Shown: one piece after another, positions 7,852 through 18,487 of the stretch | How positions within the stretch are numbered: position 1 is the stretch's first letter | How the letters are laid out: each line of letters begins with the position of its first letter | From: Gammaproteobacteria bacterium | Lineage (GTDB): Bacteria > Pseudomonadota > Gammaproteobacteria > UBA6002 | Direction: 5' to 3' | Assembly (NCBI GenBank): GCA_020050845.1 | Contig: JAGVJZ010000027.1 | Span: 3,331-67,330, forward strand | Length of the DNA: 64,000 bases | Translations under genes and position numbers: made by a program | Notes under the pieces: generated by a model | What the model saw: only the letters and a program-made list of their open reading frames with translations | Database searches by the model: none | What the model was told of the DNA's origin: nothing

Positions 7852-10133
7852 TGGCATCAAATCTTTTAATCGTAGAATCACCTGCCAAAGCAAAAACAAT
7901 AAAAAAATATCTTGGTAAAGACTTTGAAGTACTGGCTTCCTATGGTCACGTGCGTGATTTAGTGCCCAAAGAAGGTGCGGTGGACGTTGATCACGACTTT
8001 GCCATGAAATACACAGTCGTCGAAAAAAATAAACGCCACATTGATAATATTGCCAAGGCATTGAAAAAAGCCAAAGCGCTCTACCTTGCCACTGACCCGG
8101 ATAGAGAAGGAGAGGCAATTTCCTGGCACGTTGCAGAGTTGATGAAAGAAAAGCACATTTTAGACTCAAAACCAGTGTTTCGTGTGGTATTTCATGAAAT
8201 CACTAAATCTGCCATTAAAGAAGCCATAAAACATCCAAGAGAAATCGCTATGGATTTGGTGCATGCCCAGCAGGCGCGCAGAGCATTAGATTTCTTAGTC
8301 GGTTTTAATCTTTCACCTCTATTGTGGAAAAAAATCAGACCTGGGCTTTCTGCTGGTCGGGTTCAAAGTCCGGCATTGCGTTTGATTGTAGAGCGGGAAG
8401 AAGAAATAGAAAAATTTGTCACTCAGGAATATTGGACCATCGAAGCCGAATTGAAGGCGCAAGATCATCCTTTTAACGCCCGACTGATAGAATTTGATAA
8501 AGAAAAAGTCACTCAATTTTCAATTGTTGATGAAAAACAAGCCAAAAAGACTGAGAAGTCTCTGGTTAAATCCGCCGCTGGAAAGCTGACGGTCACTAAA
8601 ATTGATAAGCGGCAACGTAAACGTAATCCGGCACCGCCTTTTATCACCTCAACCTTACAGCAAGAAGCGGCTCGTAAACTAGGTTATACCACTTATCGAA
8701 CAATGCGTATTGCTCAGCAGCTGTATGAAGGTATCGAAATTGGTAATGATGGTTCTGTTGGTTTAATAAGCTATATGAGAACGGACTCCACTAATTTGGC
8801 TGCAGAAGCGGTGGCTGAAATTAGGCAGCTTATTCAAACACGTTATGGTGAAGAAAATCTTCCTGAAGAGGCTAGAGTCTTTCATAAGAAAGCGAAAAAT
8901 GCTCAAGAAGCTCACGAAGCGATCAGGCCCACGTCTATTCATTATTTACCAGAAGATGTCCGGCCATTTCTCAATGATGAGCAATTTCGGATGTATGATC
9001 TGATCTGGAAAAGAACAGTCGCTTGTCAAATGATTCATGCAACGATTGATACTGTTGCTGTGGATCTAAATTGTGGCTCTGGCAATCGCTTCCGTGCCAA
9101 TGGTTCAACTATTGCTATTCCAGGATTTATTACCGTCTACCAAGAAGGTATTGATGATGCCAAAAAGGATGATGGCGATGAGAAATTCTTACCTCACCTC
9201 GAAGAAGGCGAAGTCGTGGATCTCGTCAAGATGCACTCGCTGCAACATTTCACAGAGCCACCGCCACGCTACACAGAAGCGAGTTTAGTAAAAGCATTGG
9301 AAGAGTTTGGTATAGGCCGACCTTCCACCTACGCGAATATTATTTATACCATTAAGAATCGCGAATATGTGGTGCTTGATCAAAAACGTTTTAAACCTAC
9401 TGATGTAGGGCGCATCGTCAAACAATTCTTAACCCAGTATTTTACCCAGTATGTGGATTATGATTTTACCGCTCAAATGGAAGATGAGTTAGATGATATT
9501 TCACGGGGCGAAAAAGAATGGGTTCCGATGTTAGATGACTTTTGGGTCCCATTTAAAGATCTGGTTAATGTCATCGAAGAAACGGTGAAGCGTAAAGACG
9601 TTACTCAAGAAGCATTAGATGAAGAATGCCCTAAATGTGGCAAACCTCTATCTAAACGTCTTGGTAAACGCGGAAGGTTTATTGGCTGTTCTGGTTATCC
9701 CGATTGCGATTACACACGTGGTCTTGAAGATGATCAAAACGAAGCCCAAACTCTCGAAGGTCGTGAATGTCCTGATTGCCACTCGGCGCTTGTTATCAAG
9801 ATGGGTCGCTACGGCAAATTTATCGGTTGCAGCAAATATCCTGAGTGCAAGCACATGGAACCTTTGGAAAAGCCGGCTGATACGGGTGTTAATTGTCCTG
9901 AGTGTCATAAAGGCCATATGCTCAAACGTAAGAGTCGTTACGGGAAATATTTTTATTCTTGTTCGACTTATCCGGATTGTAAATATGCTGTTTGGAATGA
10001 ACCAATCCCGGGACCATGTCCAACGTGCGGCTGGGAAATTTTAACGATCAAAACAACGAAACGACGTGGCACTGAAAAAGTGTGCCCACAAAAAGAATGT
10101 AAATTTAGCGAACCCTACCACGATGAGGAATAA
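7851..10133 (+). CDS. topA: DNA topoisomerase I with C-terminal Zn ribbons
   Basis: IVESPAKAK, ATDPDREGE, SAGRVQS, ISYMRTDS; start ATG 7851 overlaps smg stop (TAATG). Confidence 0.98.
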   Translation: MASNLLIVESPAKAKTIKKYLGKDFEVLASYGHVRDLVPKEGAVDVDHDFAMKYTVVEKNKRHIDNIAKALKKAKALYLATDPDREGEAISWHVAELMKEKHILDSKPVFRVVFHEITKSAIKEAIKHPREIAMDLVHAQQARRALDFLVGFNLSPLLWKKIRPGLSAGRVQSPALRLIVEREEEIEKFVTQEYWTIEAELKAQDHPFNARLIEFDKEKVTQFSIVDEKQAKKTEKSLVKSAAGKLTVTKIDKRQRKRNPAPPFITSTLQQEAARKLGYTTYRTMRIAQQLYEGIEIGNDGSVGLISYMRTDSTNLAAEAVAEIRQLIQTRYGEENLPEEARVFHKKAKNAQEAHEAIRPTSIHYLPEDVRPFLNDEQFRMYDLIWKRTVACQMIHATIDTVAVDLNCGSGNRFRANGSTIAIPGFITVYQEGIDDAKKDDGDEKFLPHLEEGEVVDLVKMHSLQHFTEPPPRYTEASLVKALEEFGIGRPSTYANIIYTIKNREYVVLDQKRFKPTDVGRIVKQFLTQYFTQYVDYDFTAQMEDELDDISRGEKEWVPMLDDFWVPFKDLVNVIEETVKRKDVTQEALDEECPKCGKPLSKRLGKRGRFIGCSGYPDCDYTRGLEDDQNEAQTLEGRECPDCHSALVIKMGRYGKFIGCSKYPECKHMEPLEKPADTGVNCPECHKGHMLKRKSRYGKYFYSCSTYPDCKYAVWNEPIPGPCPTCGWEILTIKTTKRRGTEKVCPQKECKFSEPYHDEE

Positions 10134-10134
10134 A

Positions 10135-10638
10135 ATGAAGAAATCTTTTGTTGCCATTTTAGTCGGCTCTGATTCTGATTTGCCAACTATGCAAAGCACG
10201 ATTGAAATTCTCAATAAATTTGCAATTCCATATGAAGTGAAAATTGCATCGGCCCATCGTACTCCGGTAATGACTCAGAACTACATTCATGATGCACAAG
10301 CGCGAGGTTGTGCCATATTCATAGCTGCAGCAGGTTTAGCGGCGCACTTAGCGGGTGCTGTGGCGGCACACACTGTAAAGCCCGTCATTGGAGTTCCTAT
10401 GGATGCCGGTAGCTTAAATGGCCTAGACTCATTGTTATCTACGGTTCAAATGCCAGGTGGTATTCCAGTTGCTTGTGTAGCGATTGGCAAACCAGGTGCT
10501 AAAAATGCAGGCTATTTAGCTGCTCAGATGTTAGCGATAACTGATGAGAATTTAGCTGCCAAACTACAAAATGAACGTGAAGCGACGGTGGCCACTATTC
10601 AGAAAAAAAATGCCGAACTTGAGTCTTCTTTGACCTAA
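10135..10638 (+). CDS. purE: N5-CAIR mutase
   Basis: GSDSD, SAHRTP, PVIGVP, VQMPGGIPVA; start re-set to 10135. Confidence 0.96.
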   Translation: MKKSFVAILVGSDSDLPTMQSTIEILNKFAIPYEVKIASAHRTPVMTQNYIHDAQARGCAIFIAAAGLAAHLAGAVAAHTVKPVIGVPMDAGSLNGLDSLLSTVQMPGGIPVACVAIGKPGAKNAGYLAAQMLAITDENLAAKLQNEREATVATIQKKNAELESSLT

Positions 10639-10640
10639 CA

Positions 10641-11198
10641 ATGACTTTGTATAATGACATTGCTCAGGCGGTTACCCATCTAAAGAAAGGTCACATCATC
10701 GCCTATCCGACTGAAGCCGTGTATGGGCTAGGCTGTGATCCTTACAATCAAGATGCCGTTACTCGCTTGTATGAATTGAAAAATAGAGATATCACTAAGG
10801 GCTGTATTTTAATCGCGGCCAGTTGGGAACAAATTAGTTTTTTAATAATGCCGCTTTCGGAACAGCAATTAAAGCGAGTGACTGTCACTTGGCCAGGTCC
10901 TATGACGTGGGTATTTCCAGCTTCAAAATCAGCACCGAGGTGGTTAATTGCACAGGACGATACGATCGCTTTGCGTATCTCAAGCCATCCAATGGTGGTG
11001 AAACTTTGTGAGGAATTTAAAAACCCCATTGTTTCTACGAGTGCAAATCCCGGAGGTTTGCCACCTGCTAAAACGAGTTTTCAAGTGCGACAGTATTTCC
11101 AACAAAAGATTGATTTTATTCTAGAGGGTGCAGTTGGCGAGTTACAAACTCCGACTCCAATACGAGATGCCGTCACTGGAGTTTGGTATCGAGAATAG
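10641..11198 (+). CDS. tsaC: Threonylcarbamoyl-AMP synthase (YrdC/Sua5)
   Basis: AYPTEAVYGLGCDP, WPGP, STSAN. Confidence 0.95.
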   Translation: MTLYNDIAQAVTHLKKGHIIAYPTEAVYGLGCDPYNQDAVTRLYELKNRDITKGCILIAASWEQISFLIMPLSEQQLKRVTVTWPGPMTWVFPASKSAPRWLIAQDDTIALRISSHPMVVKLCEEFKNPIVSTSANPGGLPPAKTSFQVRQYFQQKIDFILEGAVGELQTPTPIRDAVTGVWYRE

Positions 11199-11210
11199 AT
11201 TGTAACTACT

Positions 11211-11341
11211 TGCTCCTAGAAGCAACGGTCATCTTTGCGCTGGACTTCCTGTCCCTCGGCCGGACGGGCCCGCTACTTCGTAATATCCAAATTGTCTATC
11301 CTGGCAATTTGAGGGCTTAATTTTTCGACGAAAAATTAAGC
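11211..11341. repeat. Multi-hairpin intergenic element
   Basis: Perfect 13-bp inverted repeat GCTTAATTTTTCG-A-CGAAAAATTAAGC (11315-11341), CAAATTGTC/GGCAATTTG stem and GC-rich mini-stems upstream. Confidence 0.55.
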
Positions 11342-11405
11342 TAATCTGATCCGTTTTAGAGACATTCTCGCTTAGGGTGAGCCGTTATAGAATTTGAGAT
11401 GACCT

Positions 11406-12350
11406 ATGAAAAAATGTGACACACAATGTGTAAAAGATTATTTATTAGGACTACAGGAGAGTTTGACCCGCAAACTTTTAAAGGATGACCCTCAATTAAC
11501 CGTGCAACAAGATCAATGGCAACGTCCCAATCATGGCGGAGAAGGAATTAGCTGCGCATTTAGCAACGGAATTATTTATGAAAAAGCGGGTGTTAATTTT
11601 TCACATGTCTTTGGAAAAGAACTACCTGCTGGGGCAACTGTTCATCGACCTGATTTAACCAATTCTGCTTTCGAAGCTCTTGGCATATCGATCATCATTC
11701 ATCCAGTAAATCCTATGGTTCCAACGTGCCATGCCAACTTGCGTTTATTTTCAGCCACTACCGAAAATCGGGAAAATATTTGGTGGTTTGGTGGCGGTTT
11801 TGATCTGACCCCCTATTATGGTTTTAAAGAAGATTGTATTCATTGGCATAAAGCGGCGAAACAAGCTTGCGAAGGTTTTGGCGAGGAAGTTTATATTCAG
11901 TATAAAGAATGGGCGGATCGTTATTTTTATTTGAAACATCGACAAGAGCCTCGTGGTATCGGCGGTTTATTTTTTGATGAACTTAATCAGTGGCCTTTTG
12001 AAACCTGTGTTAATTTCATCAAGAGCATCGGCGAACATTTTGCAGAAGCTTATTTTCCAATAGTAGCTTTGCGTAAAAATCATTCCTATGATGAACAGCA
12101 ACGTCAATTCCAGTTGTATCGTCGTGGTCGTTATGTTGAATTTAACTTATTGCAGGACCGTGGTACTTTGTTTGGGTTACAATTTGGGGGAAGAATAGAA
12201 TCAATTTTAATTTCTTTGCCGCCACTGGTGACTTGGCAATATAACTGGCAGCCAGCACCGGGAAGTCGAGAAGAAGAACTTTATCACTATTACTTAAAGC
12301 CACAAGATTGGGCAAATCTGAAAGATGGGAAGGATAACTTTGAAAAATAA
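11406..12350 (+). CDS. hemF: Oxygen-dependent coproporphyrinogen III oxidase
   Basis: EKAGVNFSHV, WWFGGGFDLTP, RGRYVEFNL. Confidence 0.97.
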   Translation: MKKCDTQCVKDYLLGLQESLTRKLLKDDPQLTVQQDQWQRPNHGGEGISCAFSNGIIYEKAGVNFSHVFGKELPAGATVHRPDLTNSAFEALGISIIIHPVNPMVPTCHANLRLFSATTENRENIWWFGGGFDLTPYYGFKEDCIHWHKAAKQACEGFGEEVYIQYKEWADRYFYLKHRQEPRGIGGLFFDELNQWPFETCVNFIKSIGEHFAEAYFPIVALRKNHSYDEQQRQFQLYRRGRYVEFNLLQDRGTLFGLQFGGRIESILISLPPLVTWQYNWQPAPGSREEELYHYYLKPQDWANLKDGKDNFEK

Positions 12351-14112
12351 AATCGAAGCGTTAATCAAAGAAAGTTTAAATGCTTATTTAACTAATCTAA
12401 ATACTAATGAAGAAATTGATATCTCCAAAATTCATGTCGAAAGAACGAAAGATTCCACACATGGCGACTTTGCTTCAAACATCGCGATGGTTCTCGCAAA
12501 ACCTTTGAAAAAAAGTCCTCGGGAGATTGCGGCAGAAATCATTAGTGCTTTGCCTGACGCTTCGGAAATTGACAGAGTAGAAATCGCAGGCCCAGGATTT
12601 ATTAACTTTCATCTTACTGAAAAAGCATTGCAGAGTGTAGTCTGCGAAGTATTGTTAACAGACGGAATTTATGGGCATTCTTCACTCGGTCAAAACAAAC
12701 CGGTGATATTAGAATTTGTTTCTGCTAATCCCACGGGACCCTTGCATGTTGGACATGGTAGACATGCAGCGTATGGTGCAACGGTTGCAAATCTTTTAGA
12801 GGCAGTAGGTTATCGTGTCCATCGTGAATATTATGTCAATGATGCTGGCCGTCAAATGCAGATTTTGGCGGCAAGCATCTGGTTGCGTTATTTGGAATTA
12901 TTTGGTGAGACTTTTTCTTTTCCCAGCAATGGTTACAAAGGTAGTTATGTGATCGACATTGCTAAGGATCTGAAAGTAGCAAAACGAGAAGGACTACTTC
13001 GACCTCTTGAGCAGCTTTTTACAGATCTACCTCAAGATGAAGTGGAAGGTACTGAAGGTGGTGATAAAGAATTATATATCGATGCGCTAATTGCTCGAGC
13101 TAAAAAACTTTTAAGTGAAGACACTTTCGAAGAGATTTTGCAGTTTGGTCTAAAAGCAATTTTAAAAGATATACGTGAGGACCTAGAAGACTTTGGAGTC
13201 ACTTACCAACAATGGTTTTCAGAAAAAAGTTTAATAAGCAGTGGTGATATTACTAAAGGCTTAGAGCGGTTACAAAAGGCCAACTATCTTTTCCAGCGAG
13301 ATGGTGCAACGTGGTTTCAAGCGACTTCTTTCGGAGATGAAAAAGATCGGGTTGTGGTTAGAGAAAATGGTCAAACTACTTATTTTGCATCGGATGTTGG
13401 TTATCACTTCAATAAGTATGAGCGAGGCTTTGAAAAAATTATAGATTTATTCGGTGCTGATCATCATGGTTATGCGCCGCGTATCATCGCTTTTTTGAGA
13501 GCGGCAGGTGAAGATGAAAAAAAATTGCAAGTGTTGCTAGTGCAATTTGCAATTTTATATCGAGGAAAAACTAAAGTATCCATGTCTACTCGTAGTGGAG
13601 AATTTGTGACTTTGCGCGAATTAAGGGAAGAAGTTGGCAACGACGCGGCAAGATTTTTTTATGTTATGCGTAAATGTGATCAACATTTGGATTTTGATTT
13701 AGAACTCGCTAAATCGAAATCCAATGAAAACCCTGTGTATTATATACAATATGCTTATGCCAGAATTTGTAGCGTTGAAAGGCAACTTGCACACCAAAAA
13801 CTAAGTTTCGATCAAGAGAAGGGTTTGGCACATTGTGACTTGCTTACCAGTAGTCATGAAAAAAATTTGCTAACAGCGCTGTCTTTGTATCCGGAAATTA
13901 TTGAAGCGGCAGCCACAAACTACGAACCACACCTTCTGGTCCATTTTTTGCAGGATTTAGCAACTTATTTCCATACCTATTATAATGCCAGTAAATTTCT
14001 TGTTGAAGATGAAAATATTCGCAATGCTAGGCTTTGTCTTGCGATTGCCGTCAAAACTGTGCTTACGAATAGTTTGAAACTACTTGGAGTTTCTACGCCT
14101 GAGGTAATGTAG
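12340..14112 (+). CDS. argS: Arginine--tRNA ligase
   Basis: EFVSANPTGPLHVGH, FGADHHGY, MSTRSGEF; probable TTG start at 12340 after GGAAGGA (ATG 12325 also possible). Confidence 0.97.
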   Translation: MKNKIEALIKESLNAYLTNLNTNEEIDISKIHVERTKDSTHGDFASNIAMVLAKPLKKSPREIAAEIISALPDASEIDRVEIAGPGFINFHLTEKALQSVVCEVLLTDGIYGHSSLGQNKPVILEFVSANPTGPLHVGHGRHAAYGATVANLLEAVGYRVHREYYVNDAGRQMQILAASIWLRYLELFGETFSFPSNGYKGSYVIDIAKDLKVAKREGLLRPLEQLFTDLPQDEVEGTEGGDKELYIDALIARAKKLLSEDTFEEILQFGLKAILKDIREDLEDFGVTYQQWFSEKSLISSGDITKGLERLQKANYLFQRDGATWFQATSFGDEKDRVVVRENGQTTYFASDVGYHFNKYERGFEKIIDLFGADHHGYAPRIIAFLRAAGEDEKKLQVLLVQFAILYRGKTKVSMSTRSGEFVTLRELREEVGNDAARFFYVMRKCDQHLDFDLELAKSKSNENPVYYIQYAYARICSVERQLAHQKLSFDQEKGLAHCDLLTSSHEKNLLTALSLYPEIIEAAATNYEPHLLVHFLQDLATYFHTYYNASKFLVEDENIRNARLCLAIAVKTVLTNSLKLLGVSTPEVM

Positions 14113-14128
14113 TTAGTTGGAGATAAAT

Positions 14129-15376
14129 ATGAAGAAATTATTTATTAGTGTTGTTAGCTTAATTTTGATACTGGCTGTGACCCCGCTCATAGTGGGTATA
14201 TATTTACAAAAACACTACCAACCAACTCTCGCTGCATTAATGGAAAGCAACAACATGAATTTTAAGTTGCGCAGTTATCAGCGTGGTTGGTTTTGCTCTG
14301 AGGCAACCTGGATCACGAACTTACCCCTAGTTGATAAACCATTAAAGCAAGTAGTAAATAATCCGGATGATGCCTTAACAATTCGACAGAAAATTTACCA
14401 AGGACCTTTAATTATTAATTCTCAGGGCATCAAAGTTGCACTGCTCGAAATAACCTCGCACTATAATCAAACGTTTTTAGCAAAGTCGTCGTTAACATTT
14501 TTAGGTCATCTTAAAACAAAAATTGCAATTCCTTCTTTAACGATTCCCAAACAGTCAGCAGCTCCAATTTATTCCATTACGGGTGCTTATGGAGATCTGG
14601 ACTGGAATCTCAAAAATGATCGACTACGAGCAGGTCTTAAGTTACAACATTTATCGGCGAAAATCGACCGACCAAGAACCATTGATAATTTTTCAGTACA
14701 ATTTAATCTTGTTAAAACTCAGGGTGGTTTGTGGGTAGGTAAGCGCCAATATCAATTTGGCCAAATGACTTGGGAACAGGATAGTAAGGATTATCTTATC
14801 AACCACTTAAATTTTGACATTATCGGTACTGTGACCAACAATGATCGTTATAACCTGGCTATTATAGGAAAGGTTGCTAACCTAGGAATCAATGGTAGTA
14901 ATTACGGATCACAGAAAATTGTAATTAGTCTGAATGGCTTAAATTTATTAGCAGTTGAACAATTTCATACTCAATTTCCATTAACGTCAATGCACCTCTT
15001 AAATCCTTATGATTGGCAAACTGCAAAAGAAAAGTTCTTAGCAATATTGCATCATGGAGGGGAAATTAAACTAGATAGCTTACAGCTAAATACTGCCTGG
15101 GGCGACATGATCGCATCTGCTCGTTATCGTTCAGCGATGATGGCAAACGCCTCTCATGAAATACTACAAGAAGCTACTATTAATGCTAAAATCCCCTCAG
15201 ATTTGTTTAATCAGTTATTAACTGGAGTTTACCAGTTAAAATTGCGTACAAGTGACGAAAATGTTATCAGTAACGAGGTTGCTCGTGCTTTGGTATCTTG
15301 GCAACAGCAAGGATGGTTAATGGTGTCGAACAACCAGGCGCTGATTAGTTATCAATGGCAAACAAAAGAAAAGTAA
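14129..15376 (+). CDS. YdgA/DUF945-like membrane-anchored protein
   Basis: N-terminal TM, YQRGWFCS and IYQGP motifs resembling YdgA; GGAG RBS before ATG 14129. Confidence 0.6.
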   Translation: MKKLFISVVSLILILAVTPLIVGIYLQKHYQPTLAALMESNNMNFKLRSYQRGWFCSEATWITNLPLVDKPLKQVVNNPDDALTIRQKIYQGPLIINSQGIKVALLEITSHYNQTFLAKSSLTFLGHLKTKIAIPSLTIPKQSAAPIYSITGAYGDLDWNLKNDRLRAGLKLQHLSAKIDRPRTIDNFSVQFNLVKTQGGLWVGKRQYQFGQMTWEQDSKDYLINHLNFDIIGTVTNNDRYNLAIIGKVANLGINGSNYGSQKIVISLNGLNLLAVEQFHTQFPLTSMHLLNPYDWQTAKEKFLAILHHGGEIKLDSLQLNTAWGDMIASARYRSAMMANASHEILQEATINAKIPSDLFNQLLTGVYQLKLRTSDENVISNEVARALVSWQQQGWLMVSNNQALISYQWQTKEK

Positions 15377-15380
15377 TTTT

Positions 15381-15953
15381 ATGGCAAAACGAAACACACG
15401 CAGAAGTACTTATCAACGACGTAGCACGCAACGACAACGAGCTGCGGTTTCTCCTATAAAATGGTTATTAAGTGGTATTTTAATTGGACTCATTGTGCCA
15501 AGTTATTTTTTACTAAAGTCTAAAGATAACCCAACATCATTATCAGCAGCTGAATCTTCCGAAGTTGTTAGCAATCAATCAGTTGCATTAAAAGAGCACG
15601 TTACTAAAAAAATTCATCCTAAGGAAAAACAGGCTCAAAGTTCAACTCATTCAAATTATGAGTTTTATAATCTCCTCTCTGAAGAAGATCCTGGTTCAAA
15701 GACTAAAAAAAACACAGATAGCCAAGCAGTGTCTTTTACCTTAAGGATTTCTTCTTTTAAAACCTACGCAGAAGCTGATCAGCTTAAAGCTCAACTATCC
15801 TTAATAGGAGTGGATCAAATCAACATTTCAAAAACATCCCCCTATAAAGTCGTTGCAGGACCCTATTCAAGTAAAAGCGATGCCTTAAAAATTAAGAAAC
15901 AGCTTGAGGAAAATGATATTGCTGCCGAACTTGTGAAGGCAATTAGTGAGTAA
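15381..15953 (+). CDS. SPOR-domain cell division protein (FtsN-like)
   Basis: Basic N-terminus, TM, YEFYNLL, C-terminal SPOR (SSFK...KVVAGPY); argS-SPOR-hslVU synteny. Confidence 0.85.
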   Translation: MAKRNTRRSTYQRRSTQRQRAAVSPIKWLLSGILIGLIVPSYFLLKSKDNPTSLSAAESSEVVSNQSVALKEHVTKKIHPKEKQAQSSTHSNYEFYNLLSEEDPGSKTKKNTDSQAVSFTLRISSFKTYAEADQLKAQLSLIGVDQINISKTSPYKVVAGPYSSKSDALKIKKQLEENDIAAELVKAISE

Positions 15954-15964
15954 GTCCTCTTAGG

Positions 15965-16079
15965 GGCTTGTAAAAGAATAACGTCCCTTTTTGAGTGCCC
16001 ATCTTGAACGCATCTTTGAACGTTCAAATCTGCATCCAAAGCTGAACCCTGAAAAAGGGAAGTTATTCTTTTACAAGCC
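15965..16079. mobile_element. 115-bp MITE-like element with 28-bp terminal inverted repeats
   Basis: GGCTTGTAAAAGAATAACgTCCCTTTTT (15965-15992) vs AAAAAGGGAaGTTATTCTTTTACAAGCC (16052-16079), 27/28 match; no ORF inside. Confidence 0.7.
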
Positions 16080-16088
16080 TAACCCCCA

Positions 16089-16114
16089 CTTGAAAAACAT
16101 AGATTCGACCCCAT
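16089..16114 (+). promoter_or_regulatory. Sigma-32 (RpoH) heat-shock promoter of hslVU
   Basis: CTTGAA-N14-CCCCAT, matching the sigma-32 consensus, ~60 bp upstream of hslV. Confidence 0.9.
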
Positions 16115-16172
16115 AAATAAAGATCACACCCTATAAAAGGTGCGAGTAATCCCATTTAACGAGGAATAATCA

Positions 16173-16721
16173 TTGGAACAGTTCAGAGGTACGACAATAT
16201 TATCTGTTCGCCGAGATGGCAAAGTAGTGATTGGTGGTGATGGCCAAGTCACCATGGGTAAGGCCATTGTGATGAAGGGAAATGCCCGTAAGGTCAGACG
16301 GCTTTATGGTGATCGCGTGATTGCCGGGTTTGCAGGTGGTACCGCAGATGCCTTTACACTTTTTGAACTCTTTGAAGCGAAATTAGAAAAACATTCTGGT
16401 AACTTAATGCGTTCTGCGGTGGAATTAGCTAAGGACTGGAGAACCGATAAAATTCTACGTCGACTTGAAGCGTTACTAACGGTGGCAGATCGCCAATCTT
16501 CATTGATTATTACAGGTAATGGCGATGTTATCGAACCTGAGAACAGTATTATGGCCATTGGTTCCGGTGGTCCCTATGCGCAATCCGCTGCTATTGCATT
16601 ACTGGAAAATACCAAATTAAGTGCGAGAAAAGTAGTGGAAAAAAGTTTAGCCATTGCGGCTAACATCTGTGTTTATACCAATCACAATATCACCATTGAA
16701 GAATTAGATAGCAAAGAGTAG
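16173..16721 (+). CDS. hslV: ATP-dependent protease peptidase subunit
   Basis: [32 protein letters not shown] start with GAGGA RBS. Confidence 0.98.
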   Translation: MEQFRGTTILSVRRDGKVVIGGDGQVTMGKAIVMKGNARKVRRLYGDRVIAGFAGGTADAFTLFELFEAKLEKHSGNLMRSAVELAKDWRTDKILRRLEALLTVADRQSSLIITGNGDVIEPENSIMAIGSGGPYAQSAAIALLENTKLSARKVVEKSLAIAANICVYTNHNITIEELDSKE

Positions 16722-16726
16722 AGAGA

Positions 16727-18064
16727 ATGACTGAAATCGTAATGACACCCAAAGAAATTGTACATGAACTAGATAAGTATATTATTGGCCAAAAGAGTGC
16801 GAAGCGGGCGGTGGCAAATGCACTTCGCAACCGTTGGCGTCGTATGCAGTTAGAGACCGATTTAGCTGCTGAAATTACTCCTAAAAATATTCTCATGATC
16901 GGCCCAACTGGGGTTGGTAAAACGGAAATCGCACGACGATTAGCGAAGCTTGCCAAAGCGCCTTTTGTTAAAGTAGAGGCAACCAAGTTTACTGAAGTTG
17001 GTTACGTTGGCCGGGATGTCGAATCTATTATCAGAGATTTAGTTGACGTTGCCGTTAAGCAGGCACGTGAAAACGAAATGACCAAAGTACGTCAACGAGC
17101 AAAAGAATCAGCTGAAGAAAGAGTTTTAAATATTTTGTTGCCCAAAGCTAGAGGCTCAGTAGATGAGGAAGAAGAAACACCAAAAAGCAACACTCGACAA
17201 ATTTTTCTCGAAAAATTACGATCCGGTGAGCTCGATGATAAAGAGGTCGAAGTTGAGGTTTCTTCTCAAGGGGTAAGCTTTGAAATTATGGCGCCTCCTG
17301 GCATGGAAGAAATGACGAGTCAGTTGCAGAATATGTTTCAGAATATTTCGGGAGATAGAACCAAAGCTCGCAAAATGAAAATAAAAGACGCTCTCAAGCA
17401 GCTGACAGAAGATGAAGCGAGTAGGATGATTAACGAAGATGAGATTAAGACCAAAGCACTGAAAAGCGTCGAGCAAAACGGCATCGTATTTATAGATGAA
17501 TTAGATAAGATTGTAAAACGAGGTGAATATGGTGGCGGTGGTGATGTATCTCGGGAAGGCGTCCAACGCGATTTGCTGCCGATCATTGAAGGCAGTACAG
17601 TATTTACAAAATATGGGATGTTGAAAACCGATCATATTTTATTTATCGCTTCTGGCGCATTTCATTTAGCAAAACCTTCTGACCTCATTCCGGAGCTTCA
17701 GGGTCGTTTACCAATTAGAGTTGAACTCAATGCGCTCACTGCAGAAGATTTTGTCCGTATTTTAACTGAACCAAACGCTTCATTAACGGAACAATATGTT
17801 GCATTAATGGGTACGGAAGGCGTGGAATTAGAATTTGCTCAAGATGGAATTCAGCGCTTAGCAGAAATTGCATTTCAAGTTAATGAGCGCACTGAAAATA
17901 TTGGAGCACGACGTTTGCACACTATCATGGAAAAACTTTTGGAAATAATTTCCTTTGAAGCACCTGATCGTGATGGTGAAAAAGTTATGATTGATAAAAA
18001 ATATGTTAACAAACAACTGGCTCATCTTGTGAAAGATGAAGACCTCAGTCGTTACATTTTATAA
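16727..18064 (+). CDS. hslU: ATP-dependent protease ATPase subunit
   Basis: [15 protein letters not shown]-terminal DLSRYIL. Confidence 0.98.
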   Translation: MTEIVMTPKEIVHELDKYIIGQKSAKRAVANALRNRWRRMQLETDLAAEITPKNILMIGPTGVGKTEIARRLAKLAKAPFVKVEATKFTEVGYVGRDVESIIRDLVDVAVKQARENEMTKVRQRAKESAEERVLNILLPKARGSVDEEEETPKSNTRQIFLEKLRSGELDDKEVEVEVSSQGVSFEIMAPPGMEEMTSQLQNMFQNISGDRTKARKMKIKDALKQLTEDEASRMINEDEIKTKALKSVEQNGIVFIDELDKIVKRGEYGGGGDVSREGVQRDLLPIIEGSTVFTKYGMLKTDHILFIASGAFHLAKPSDLIPELQGRLPIRVELNALTAEDFVRILTEPNASLTEQYVALMGTEGVELEFAQDGIQRLAEIAFQVNERTENIGARRLHTIMEKLLEIISFEAPDRDGEKVMIDKKYVNKQLAHLVKDEDLSRYIL

Positions 18065-18073
18065 TAGAAGCTA

Positions 18074-18433
18074 ATGGCAATACCTATTGAGATAAAACTA
18101 CATAAGAAGTCAAAACTCTTAGAAATTACCTTCGATGATGGCGGTCATTTCCAATTAACTTGCGAGTACTTGAGAGTTTTTTCGCCGTCAGCTGAAGTAA
18201 GAGGTCATGCGAAAGAATCGAGAAAACTAGTATTTTTTAAAAAGAATGTTGGGATTATTAATATCGAACCTGTGGGTAGCTATGCGGTAAAACTGATTTT
18301 TGATGATGGCCATTCTACGGGTTTATATACTTGGGAAATCTTGCATGATTTGTGTGTCAATCATGACGGTAATTGGGCACAGTATTTAGCACGGTTGGAA
18401 GCGGCCCGTTTGTTGCGGGAAGAGCCTCAGTAG
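18074..18433 (+). CDS. DUF971 / GBBH-like N-terminal domain protein
   Basis: EYLRVFSPSAEVRGH, FDDGHSTGLYTW; commonly follows hslU. Confidence 0.9.
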   Translation: MAIPIEIKLHKKSKLLEITFDDGGHFQLTCEYLRVFSPSAEVRGHAKESRKLVFFKKNVGIINIEPVGSYAVKLIFDDGHSTGLYTWEILHDLCVNHDGNWAQYLARLEAARLLREEPQ

Positions 18434-18487
18434 GATTTGTAACCTTTTGCGTCTGACATAATTTGCTTTTATTTGTCATTCCCGCTT

